A stretch of DNA of 64,000 bases, taken from assembly GCA_014905635.1 (NCBI GenBank), contig JABVCE010000007.1:434001-498000 (forward strand), written 5' to 3'. Under the pieces are notes generated by a model, which had not been told where the DNA came from, ran no database searches, and saw only the letters and a list, made by a program, of their open reading frames with translations. The DNA is from Scenedesmus sp. PABB004. Its lineage: Eukaryota. Positions 25,701 through 36,705 of this stretch are shown here, one piece after another. Position numbers and translations under genes: made by a program. Numbering within the stretch: position 1 is the stretch's first letter; every line of letters begins with the position of its first letter.

Positions 25701-26204
25701 GTCCAGGTGGCACAGGGCTTCCGGGGGTCGAAGGGGCCGGCGCGCCACGCCCGCGCGGCGTCCGATCGGAGCGGCCGACACAGCGCTGCCGAAACCCTGA
25801 AACCTAAAACCTGGCCGCCGCCGCCCCGTCCCTGGCAGTACTGGCAGTACATCCTGCCCGGCCTCGACGCCCTCGGGCACGTTTCTTGCACAGGTACCAA
25901 CTTCTGTGTGCGCGCGCGCGCGCTCGCGCAGGTGTGTGCGCGCGCGCGCGGGCGGCGGGCAGGCGGCGGGGCTGCGGCGCGGCTGCCGCGGCCCCTGCGT
26001 CGCTTGCGCCCCAGGCCTCGCGCCCTGAACCCTGCCAGGTCGGCTGGTTCCCCGAGGACAGCGTGACGGAGGACTTTGCGCTGTCGCTGGAGCTTGCCGC
26101 CGCGGGCGTGCGGGGCGCTACCTGCCGCTGACGCTCGCGGTACCATGCGGCGGCAGGCTGGCCGGGCTTGAGGCTGGCTGCGCGTGGCCGGCCGGTCACG
26201 CAGC

Positions 26205-26235
<31 letters not shown>

Positions 26236-29200
26236 AGGAGGGTGAGGCGCCGGAGGAGGTCCGCGCGGTGCTGCGGCAGCGCTCGCGCTGGTGCCGCGGC
26301 CACGTGCAGGTCATGCTGAGCCGGCACTGCCCGCTGCTGCGCCGGTCGCTGCCGCTGCTGCAAAAGATTCTGTACACCAACGGTGACTGGGACTGGGGTT
26401 GCCTCGCGGCGTGGCGGCGCCGCGCCAGCCGCCGTCTGACGGCGCCCCCGTCCCGCCCAACTCCCGGCCCCAGGCGTGATCGCCTACGTCGCGACCGTCG
26501 TGTGCACGGCCACCTACGTCGCCGTGCCCTGCGTCAGCCTGGTCTGGGGCGCGCACCCGGTGGCGCTGAGCCCCACGTTTGCGCTGGCGGCGACGCTGCA
26601 CTTTGCCGCGAGCGTCGCCGTCAACTTCCACGCCAGGCAGCTCGCGCACGTGCAGGGCATGTGGCTCTGCCTCGTTTCCAACCACCTCCTCGCCACGACC
26701 TACGCCAAGGCCATCGTCAACACGCTGCTGTGAGCTGGGCCCGGCTGTGCTGCGCTGAGCCGCTCGCGAGCTCGCCGCCAGCTCAAGCGCGCGCGCACGC
26801 ACGCGCGCCGCAGGTCGCGCCTGGGGCTCAGGCGGCGCGGCGGCGGTTTCAAGGCGACCGACAAGAAGCTCGACCCGAGCGCCCCGCGCGGCGCAGCGGC
26901 GGAGCTGCTGCTGCTCGCGTCGGCCACGCTCTCGGCGCTGTATCGCAGCTTTGCTGGCCCGCCCGCCCGCGGCAGCGCCGCGCCCGGCGGCGGCGGCGAC
27001 GTGGGCGCGGGCGCCCAGCCGCGCGGCGTGCAGGCGCGCGCGGGGCAGCTGCGGCGGCCGGCGGACCTGGAGCCGCCGCCGGCGCCGCCGCTCGCGGCGG
27101 TTGCGGAGGGCGGCGAGGCTGCGCCGACGGCGGCGGCGGGGCCGCCGCCCAGCGCGGGCACGCCGGCGCGCCCGCCGGCGCCGGCGCCCGCCGCCGAGCG
27201 CGGCTGGTTGGCCACCAACCTGTCCGGCCTCGGCTGGTCCACGCTCGACCCCTGGGTGCTGCTGCTCCTGAGCCTCGGCGCGAGCGCGGCCGCCGTCGCG
27301 GCGGGCTGCTGGCAGCTCGCGGCGCGGCCGCGCGGCGGCGCGGCAGCGCAGGGCGACTTCATGCTCCTGGCCCTGCTGCTCGCGCTCGGCAACGCCATCC
27401 CGCCGCTGCTGTTCGTGGCCTACTGCGCCAGCCGCGGCGCCGCGCTGCGCGCCGCGGTCGCGGCCAGCCAGCTCGCGAGCGTCGCGCTCTTCGTCGGTGC
27501 GCGCCCGCCCGCCGCGGCCCCGAGCACCGGCGCCGGGCGCCGCCGGCGCGTGCGCACCGCCCCCCCCCCCCCCCCCGCCGCCGCGCCGACCCTCGCCTCC
27601 GCGCCGCGCGGGCACGCGCAGGCACGGTTGCCGTGCTCTGGCTGCTCGCGCCGCCCGCGCACGACCTCGGCCGCGCGCTGCGCCTCGCTGCCGGCTTCAT
27701 CGACGCCCAGCGCGCGACGCGCGCGCCGCTCGGCGTGGCCGCGCTGCCCGGCGGCGCCGGCGCGCTGGCCGCCTTCCCCTGGCTCGCGGCGGGCCCGACC
27801 GACGGCCCCGCCGACGCTGTGCCGGGCGGCTTTTACCTCGGCGGGGACTACGTGAAGCACTCGCTGCCCCTTGCGACGAGCATGACCACGCTTGCCTGGA
27901 GCCTGGTCGCATTCAGGGGCGGCCTCGAGCAGGCGCGCGCCGGGCGCGGCCGCCTCGCCCGGACCAGGCGCCGCCGCGCGGCGCGGCGCGGCCCACCCCC
28001 GCCCCCTGCCACCCGCCGCGCCAGGCCGGCGTGCTGGGCGCGCTGCAGGCGTCGCTGGCCGAGGGCGCGCGCTATCTCATGGCCGCGCGGCTGGCGCCCG
28101 GTGTCTTTGTCGTCCGGGTGCGCCGCCAGCGCGGGCGCCGCCGGCGCGGGGCCGCGGGCCGCCCCGCCGCGCTGCGGCGGCCGCTCGCACGCGCTCGGGC
28201 CGCGCTCAAGCCGCGCGCTGCCGCCAGGTGGGGCGGCCGCAGGACTATGCGGTCAACCTGACTGCCGCGACCGGCTCGTGGGGCGGGCCCGGGCGCATGC
28301 CGCCGCAGCGCGCGCCGCTGCTGGTCAACGCGAGCGCCGGCACCGGCGCGGCCGGCGCCGAGGTGGTCGCGGCGGCCGCCGCCGCACTCGCTGCGGCGAG
28401 CGCCGCGCTGTCCGCGGCGCAGCCGGCGCTCGCGGCGGACGCACTCGTGGCGGCGCGCGCGCTCTACGCCGACGCGGCCGCGCTCGGCCCGCGCGCCAAC
28501 GTGACGTACGAGTCCCTGCTGGCAGCGTCCGAGCCGGGCTGGCGCGGCGTGCTGCCGCCCGGCACGCCCGGCGCGACCGACTTTGCGAGCAGCTCCGCTC
28601 TGGACGACATGGCGCACGCGGCGGCGTGGCTCGGCATTGCCACGGGCAGCCCCGACCTGCTGGCCGAGGCACACGCCTGGCTCGGCTGGCACTGGGAGGA
28701 GGAGGCGGCCTGGGGCGCGCCGGGGTATTACGTCCCGGGCCACGACCACGTGGCGTGGGCGGCGGCGGTGCTGCTGCTGCGGCAGCCGCTGCCGCCCGGC
28801 GTCGCGCCGGGCGCGGCCGCCCGCCACCGCAACGCGCTGTCGATGCTGTTCCGAGGCTGGCTGACGGGCAGGGTGGGCCGCCGGGCAGCGGCGACGGCCG
28901 CCGCAGCCTGGCGCGGCGCGCGGCCCGCACGCGCTCTGAGCTGAGGGCTCGGCCGCCGCGCCCGTCGCCGGCGCAGAACGAGCACGCCGACGTCGTTGCC
29001 CCGACGCCGTCTGGCTTTCCCTGGACGCCCGGCCAGCCGCTCCCCGCCGCCGCGTCCACGGGCCTGCTGGGCCTGCTGTGGAGCGCCGACGGCGGCCTGC
29101 CGGCGCGCGTGCGCCAGCGGCTGGAGTGCTTCGCCCTGCAGCAGGCGCGCTGGCATGGCTGTGGGGACGAGGAGGGGGGGGGGGGGGGCTGCCGGCGCAA

Positions 29201-29671
29201 GCGCGCGGTCGGTGCGCGCCTGCTCGCCGGTCAGTTGAGCTGACACCGCGCGCCGCGCGCGACGTCCCCCGCGACCGCGGCCGCCAGGCGACCTACATGC
29301 TGGGGCGCAGCCGGCGCGGCCGCAGCTACCTGGTAGGCTACGGCCGGCGCAGCCCACGCCAGCCGCAGCACCGCCTGGCCAGCTGCTGGGCCGGCGGCAG
29401 CGACGGCGCGCAGGGCTGCGACGTCGCCTCGGGGCTGCTGCCCGACCGCCCCAACCCCGTGTCGCTGGCCGGCGCGCTCGTGGCCGGCCCGGCGGGCGAG
29501 GACTCGTTCGCGGACGTGCGCGGCGATGCGCTCCAGTCGGTGGTGGGGCTCCACCACAACGCGCCCCTCGTGGGGCTGCTGGGCGGCCTGCTCGCGCACC
29601 GCGTGGTGCAGGGGCAGTGCGCGGCGCAGGGGCTGTTCCAGCTGGCGAGCGCGTCCGGCAGCCTGCCTTGA
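22774..29671 (+). CDS. Processive GT2 glycosyltransferase (bacterial BcsA/CesA-like) fused to a C-terminal GH9 endoglucanase-like domain, multi-exon
   Basis: GT2: TM helices, VLVPCYK|ES, VCDDG, NGKAANLN, VFDADQ, TPQAFHN, TGTNF, SVTEDFALS, QRSRWCRG and further TM helices. GH9: HDLGRALRLAAGFIDAQR, VPGGFYLGGDYVKHSLP, QATYMLG..SYLVGYG..PRQPQHRLASC, PNPVSLAGALVAGP..DSFADVR..HNAPLVG. Stop TGA at 29669-29671. Apparent 1-nt frameshift at ~26113. Confidence 0.88.
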
Positions 29672-30312
29672 CCGAGGGTGGAGCGGGCGTGGTGCACGCC
29701 GCGACGGCAAGCAAGCTCGCTGGCGCGCTGGAGGCTTTGAGCAAGCATCTGCGACTAACAGGCACGCGCTGCGGCTTTGCTGACCGTCGGCCTCGCTCTG
29801 TTACGACGGCCGCCCCCTCAGCTCCAAGCGTCCCCAGCTCCAAGCTCCAAGCCTGTGCAGCAGCACCCGCCGCGGCCCCCGCCAAAATCAGCGCCGCCCG
29901 CGGCTCAATCCAAGTTGGCAGCACACCCGCGGCACTGATTATTGCTTTGAAAAGACACCCGCAACGCGCACAAAGCCTCCCCGCATGTGACGCGGCCGCT
30001 GTCTGGGGAGCCGCTGCTGACGTTTCAAATTGCATGCGTCGCGCGCCGCGGGCCGCCCGCAGCGGCCATGTTCGCATGGCGCGCGCTGCGGCGGCGGCCG
30101 CATGCGCGCGCCTGTCCCCCGCCCGCTCAACAGGTATGCGCCCCTCACGGCAAGAGCCTCAAGCCTGCGGGAGAGCGTGCGTGGGTGGCAGTCGGTTCCG
30201 ATCAATGCGGTCGGTGTCGAAAGAATGCATGCACAGCAGCGCCTCGGCCCCGGGGCCCGCAGCTCACGCCCCCCCCCCCCCCCACGCGCCCGCGACGGCG
30301 CGCGCGCCGCGG

Positions 30313-33300
30313 TCAGTGCAGCGTCTGCGTGTCGTCGGACAGGAGCAGCATGCCCGCCGGCGCGTCGAGCGTGCTCGCGTCGACGTAGATGCTCGGCGAG
30401 CCGCCGGCGGCGCCGCCCGCGCGCGGGGCCGCGGCGGGCGGGCTGCCGCGCGCGCCGGCGGGCCCGCTGCCGCGCGACGACAGCGTGCGTGCGACCTCCA
30501 TCGCCGCGCTCGCGCCGGTGTAGCCGCTGCCGCTCGGGCCGCGGCTGAGCGGGGGCGCCGTGCTGCCCGAGCGCGCGCGGCGCAGCTCGTCCTGCTGCTC
30601 CAGCGTCTGCGCGTGCGCCTGCTGCCACAGCGCCGCGTCGACCGCCGTCGGCAGCGTGTCGGAGTCGACGATGCTCGGCAGCAGCGCCACGCGCCCGTCG
30701 CGCCCGTCGCCGCCGACGGCCGACAGCAGCGTCGGGTGGCCGCCCGCGCTCGCGCTGCCAACGGGGCTCGTCATCGACCCCGGCGAGCTCGCGAGCCCGC
30801 CCTCGCCCGGGTCGGCGGCGCCGATGAGCCGCGCCTTCATGCGCTTGAGCTCCTGCAGCACCTGCTCGAAGCTCGGCCGGATCGCGGGGTCGGTCTCCCA
30901 GCAGCGGCAGGCGAGGAACTGAAAGTCAAACGGCGTGCCGGGCGGGAACTTGGGGCGCATGCCGCCGGTCGTGATGTTGTGGCCCAGCAGCGCGCGCGGG
31001 ACGCCCTTGTACGCGTGGTCGCCTGGGAGGGGAGGGGAGGGACGGGGGGACGGGGGCGGGGCGGGGTCAGCGCGCCTGGGGCGGGGCTCGGGAGCCGCTG
31101 CCGCCGCGCCGCCGCGCCGCGGCGCTCGCAGCCCCCGGAGCTGGCCGCCCAGGGGTCGACGTTCGACGGGCAACACGCAACAACGTGACGACAGCATAAC
31201 ACACAAATAACAACAAAAAATAACGCCCGGGCGCCCCGCCCCGCCGCGCTCACCGCTGTAGAGCTCGTAGAGCATGATGCCGTAGGCGTAGACGTCGCTG
31301 GCCCGCGACACCTGGCCCCGCAGCAGCACCTCGGGCGCCATGTGCGTGAGCGTGCCCTGGAAGGCGTTGCTCACGTGCGTGGCGTCGCTCGCGAGCGAGA
31401 CGCTCAGCCCAAAGTCGGCCACCTTGGCCGCGAAGCCGCGCGGGTCGTGCGCGTCGCTGCGCAGGAGCACGTTGCGCGCCTGCGGGGCGGGGCGCCGGCG
31501 CGGGGCGCGCGCGCGCGTCGGCGCGCCGCCACCGGGGCCGCGCGCGCCTGCGCGGCGCATGCCACCTCTCCTTCCTGTCTTTCTTTCCCCCTCTCTGCAG
31601 GGCCACCGCGCGCCAGCGCCAGCGCACCTTGAGGTCGCTGTGGCAGATGTTGTGCGCGTGCAGGTGCACCATCGCGCGCGCCACGTCGAGCGCGGTGTCA
31701 ACCAGCACCGCCATGTCGACGCCGCCGTTGCCGTCGCTGCGGCGGCGGTGGGCGGGGGGCGCGTGAGCGCGCGCGGCCGCGGCCGCGGGCGGCGGCACGC
31801 GGCGCGCGCGGCGGGGCCATGCGCGCGGCGGCGGCGTGCGCTCGCGGTGCGGCCGCACCTGAAGCGCCCCGCCTTGAGCGCGTCGCGCAGGGAGCCAAGG
31901 TCGCAGTACTCCTGCACCAGGCGCACCTCCCAGCTGAACGGGCTGTCGCCCTCGCCGCTGCCCGCGCTGCCGCGCGGCGCGCCGTCGGGGCCGCCGACCT
32001 TCCAGGACGGCGTGGAGTCGTGCATCGTCAGCGACGCGCCCGGGCCGGACGCCTGCGAGCGCTGCCCGAGCGCCGTGTTGGCGCGCACCGGCTCGACAGC
32101 ATACGTGAAGGTCTGCGCGGTGCGAGGTGCACGGGAGGGCGGCGCGGGGTCGGCGGCCGGCCGCGGCACGGCCCAGGCGCCGGCGCGGCGCAGGCGTCGG
32201 CGCAGGCGCGGGCGCCGGCGGCAGCGGGCGGGCGCCGGCAGCAGCGGGCGCGGGCGCGCCTGCACGACGTTGGGGTGGCTGAGGCTGCTGCTGATGGCGG
32301 TCTCCATGACGGCCATCTTCTCCCGCCGCTCGCGGCCGCTCATGTAGGAGGGGAGGACCATGACCTTGACCGCGACAGTGGTGCCCTTCCACGTGGCCTT
32401 GAAGACCTGATGAAGAGACGAGGCGCGCACGCGGCCGCAGGGAGGGAGGGGTGAGGCGGCGCCACGCTCAGCGGGCGGCGGCAGGGAGGGCGACGGGGGA
32501 GCGCGGCGGCGCGGCGGCCTGCCTGGGCCGCGTCCCCGGCGGCGCACCTTGCCGAACGACCCCTCGCCGAGCACCGACTGGAGGACGAGCTCGTCGGGCT
32601 CGCTCTTGGTCTGGTTGAGCACCAGCGCGCGGCACGCCTGCGCGGACGCGCGGACACGCGGACGGGCGGCGCTGAGCGCGCCGCGCGGCGGGCGGGGGCG
32701 CGGCGGGCGGGGGCGCGGCGGGGGGGGCGCGCGCGGCCGCAGCCCGCGCCGGCCCGCGCCTGCACGATGTCGGCCGACGGCCCCGACTTGGTGTTGGGGC
32801 GGCTCGAGGTGCTGCTGCAGCCGCTCGTGTACATCGGGTCGGTCGGGTCGCCGGAGCCGCGGCGGCCGGCCATGATGCCCGTGCCGGTGCCGGAGCCCTC
32901 GCACGTGCCCGAGTCGCGCGACACGTCAGCGTAGACGCGCGGCAGCAGGTCGCCGCCCTTGCCGCCCTTGCCGCCGCCGAGCGGCGCCGCGGCGCCGGGC
33001 GCGCCGCCGGCCGCGCCGCGCGCGCGCGCGCGGCGCACAAGCAGCACCGCCGCCGCGGCGACGAGCCCCAGGCCGACCACGACCGGGACGACGATCGCGG
33101 CGACGAGCGCAGGCCCCGACAGGCTGCCGCCGCCGGCGGCCGCGCGCTCCCAGGTGAGCTTGACGTCCAGGAAGCTCTCCATGCCCACGCGGCCGGCCGT
33201 GGCGGCGCTGCGGTTGAGGTTGTACGCGCGCAGCAGCAGCGCGTTGGGCTCGGCGAGCACGCTCACGTTGAGCAGGCTGTCCTCGAGCCCCGCGCCGAGG

Positions 33301-35966
33301 CAGAGCAGGCGCGACACGGCGGCGCGGCCGGTGTCGTTGCCCCACATCGCCGGCGTGAGGGCCGCCGAGACGACCACGTCCTCATACTCCACGGTGCCGA
33401 GGCCCACGGGGTGCAGCGCGTCGACGACCTGCGCCGCGTTGGCGTCGTCGGAGTCGCGCCACGCGTTGCCGCGCAGGACCATGCTGCCCTGCAGGATCGC
33501 CGTGCCCGCGACCAGCACCGCGTCGCTGTTGCCGGCAAAGTCGACCGTGAACGGCGCGCCGTGCGGGCCGCACGCGCGGACCTCCACGATCCTGCGCGCA
33601 CACGCGCCGAGCGGCGGCGGCGGCGGCGGCGCTCAGCCGGCGGCCCGCGCTGAGCACTGCACGCCTGCCTGCCCGCCCGGGCGTGCACGCGCTGCCTCCC
33701 CGCGGCCGCGCCACGCCGCGCCGCGCCGTGTGCCGCACCTGTTGACGGTGATGCTGCCGGTGCTGAGCGCCGGGAGGCGCAGGTCGCCGACGACCTGGAT
33801 GTAGCGCGCGCTCACGTTGGCGAGCTGGTCCACGAGCTGCTGGCCTGTCGACACGCTCGCGTAGCTCCCCGGCCGCGCGGTGCCCTGCACCGTCGCGGCG
33901 TTGAAGCAGTCGGCGGGCGTGTAGGACCGCACGGTGACGTTGAAGAACTGCCAACTCGCCATGCCGCTGCTGCCGAGGCGGTCGAGGATGGCGCTGCCGC
34001 CGACGCGGGACATGAGCCAGCGCTGCTGCTGGAGCTGCCACATGCGGATGGTGAACGCGTCCGCGCCGGCCGCGGGCGGGCGGCCCGCCGCGTACGTGGG
34101 CTGCAGGTTGGGCGTCTCGACCGCTGAGGTGCTGCCGTTGGGCAGCGCCGCCAGCGCGCTGCGCGCGGGCGGGCAAGGCGCGCGCGGCGCAGCGGCGGCG
34201 GCGTGAGCGCGCGGCGCGGCGGCGCGCCCGCGGCCGGCCCCGCCAGGACGGGGCGGCGCGCCGCGGCGCTCCCCTCCCCGCGCGCCGCCCCGCAGCGGCG
34301 CGCCACGCACTCTATGACGCGCGGCATGTCGCGCACGCGGACTTCGCTGTCGCGCAGGATGACGGTGCCGGTCTGGATGGGCTTGAATGTCGACAGCAGC
34401 AGCGGGATGTTGCTGGGCCAGTCGGTCTTGTTCGCGCTCTTGCTGCCCTGCGCGGCGACGGACGGCGCACAGCGTGACGCGCCGCGCGGCGGGCGGGCGG
34501 CGGCGGCGGCGGGCGCGCGCCTGCCGCCGCGCCGCGCCCTGCCCCTGCGCCGCGCCGCGCGCCTGCAGGACCATGTTTTTGAACGTCAGGCTCCCGCCCG
34601 CGGGGATGACGACGCTGTTGGTGATGTTGTCGAGGTCCATGACCTGCACCGTGCCGGGGCAGCTCGTGTAGGTCACGGGGCGGCTCACCGCGACGGGGTT
34701 GCGGTACGTGTTGACCAGGCGGTCGAGCCCGATGCCGTGGAAGACCACGACCTGGCGGTGGTGTTGCGGTTTTGCGGGCAAGAGGCGCAGGGTTTAGGGC
34801 TTGTTTTTGAGCGGTTTGAGGCAGGGTCGGGGGTGGCGGGGACGCGAGCGGGACGCAAGAGGGCCGGCGGGCGCGCGCGCGCGCGCGTGCACGCGCTGCT
34901 GCCCGCGGCGCACCTTGTCGACCCAGGGGTTGCGCAGCGAGTCCTTGAAGGTATAAGGGCTGCGCGGCGGCGGCCGCGCGCGGGCGGGCAGGCGGGCGGG
35001 CGCGTGTCGTGCGGCCGCGGGCGCGCGGTCGCGCGCGGGCCCCGCCGGGCGCGGCGCGCGGCGTGGTGCGCAGCGCGAGGGGTGGCGGGGCGCACCAGTA
35101 GATGAGCGTCGTGTCAAAGGGCTGGTTGGTGAGGCAGCCGTTGAGGTCCATCGGCATGTAGCAGTCGGAGATCGTCGCCGCGCCGCTCACGCCAAAGGAC
35201 TTGACGTTGTACAGCTGCGCGCGGCGGCGGCGGCGGCGGCGGGTCGGGCGCCGGCCGCGCGCGCGCGCGCAAGCGCAAGCCCGCCGCGCAAGCGCCCCCG
35301 CCGCGCCGTGCAGGCCCCGCCGCGCCGCACGTCGGGCGTCTCCAGCTGCAGCGGCTCGCGCGCGCCGATCGAGACGATGTCGCGCTCCGCCGCGGCCGCC
35401 CAGAAACTGCCGGGGCGGTCAAACACCCACAGCATCGCGCGGGCCCAGTGCATGACCACCAGGTTGTACGTCGCCTGCCCGCCGGTGCTCGAGACAAAGG
35501 GCACGGGGCTGGCCGCAAAGTCGAGCGCAGGGTTGGCGTACGCCGCGTCGCCGTGGGGGATGAAGTTGCGAAAGAAGAGGCGGTTGAACGTGACCATCGC
35601 GCCCGGCGCGAGCACGATGAACGGCGCCGCCGGCGCGCCGCGGGCGCCGGCGTTGCAGGCGTCGTCGCACCAGTCGATCATCGCGCGTATCGGCGACGTC
35701 ACGAGCAGCGTGCGCGACACGGTCACCGGGCCCCAGCTCGACGGCAGCTGCATCGGGCGCATCACCGCAATCACCGCCACGCCCGGGTCCTCCAGCGCCG
35801 CCGCCAGCTCGGCGGGGGACGTGACGTTGACGGCGGCGCCCGGCGCCGCCGGCGGCGGGGCCGGCGCCGCCGGCGCCGTGGCCGCCGCGCCCGCGAGCGC
35901 CGCTGCCGCGAGCGCGGCGAGCAGCAGCGGCATCAGCCGCCGCGCCCTCACCGGCCGGGCCGCCAT
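30313..35966 (-). CDS. Single-pass receptor-like Ser/Thr kinase (TKL group), multi-exon
   Basis: Signal peptide MPLLLAALAAAALAGAAA; large ectodomain; TM ALVAAIVVPVVVGLGLVAAAAVLLV-RRAR; kinase motifs LGEGSFGKV, VAVK, HSDLK|ARNVLL, KVADFGLS, GTLTHMAPE, DVYAYGIML, RPSFEQV. Confidence 0.92.
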
Positions 35967-36125
35967 GACGGGGTGCTCTGGAGCAGCCGCCCGGGCGCCC
36001 GGCGCGCGGGACGGGGCGCCTGGCGCGCCGACGAGGCAATCGCTGTCTCAGCGCTCGCGCCGGGCCGTCCGCGGCGCGCCAAGACCCGAGGGCATGCGTG
36101 AAGGGAGAACGCCGGTCGGGAACGC

Positions 36126-36614
36126 GCGCGCGCGCCGCTGCGGCCGCGTGCGGCGCTCGGCAGGCGTGCGCGGGCTGCGGCGGGCGCGGTGGGGCCGGGT
36201 CAGGCCTGAACTCTGGCGCGGACGGCGCGAGGGGGCTGGCGGAGGGCCCTGGGCGGCGGCGCGCTGCGGTTTGGCGGGCGCCAGGGTAGAGTGGTCGCCG
36301 GGGGCGAACGGCAGCTCGCCCGCGCGCGCCCGGTGACTTTGCGCGCGCGGGCGCCCACGCGGCGCCGTTGGGCCGGGCCGATCGGCGGCGCCGCCCGTGC
36401 GGTGCGGGGGACGCGGCGGCGCGGCACAGGCGCGGGGCCGACAGCACGAATCGCGAGGGCATCGTGCGCGCCCAGCGCTCCCCCTGGCCCCTGCGGAGGC
36501 GGCCGACCCGATGGGAAGCTTCCTGGAGGCGGCGCGAGCCCGCTGCGCGGCAGGCGGCGTCGCCCAGCAGCACGGCACCGCGCGGCCGCTGCCGCCGCTG
36601 CGCGCGCGTCTCGG
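36126..36614. repeat. Copy 1 of a ~490 bp direct repeat, upstream of the receptor kinase
   Basis: Aligns by eye with 39706-40189; 36253-36433 appears identical to 39835-40015. Confidence 0.95.
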
Positions 36615-36705
36615 GCGGTCGCCGCAGCGGCGCTGCTGCGGCGCTCCAGCGAGAAGCCAGACTCATCGTTGCACGCGCCGCCAGCCGTCACGAGGCCCGA
36701 CTCGC

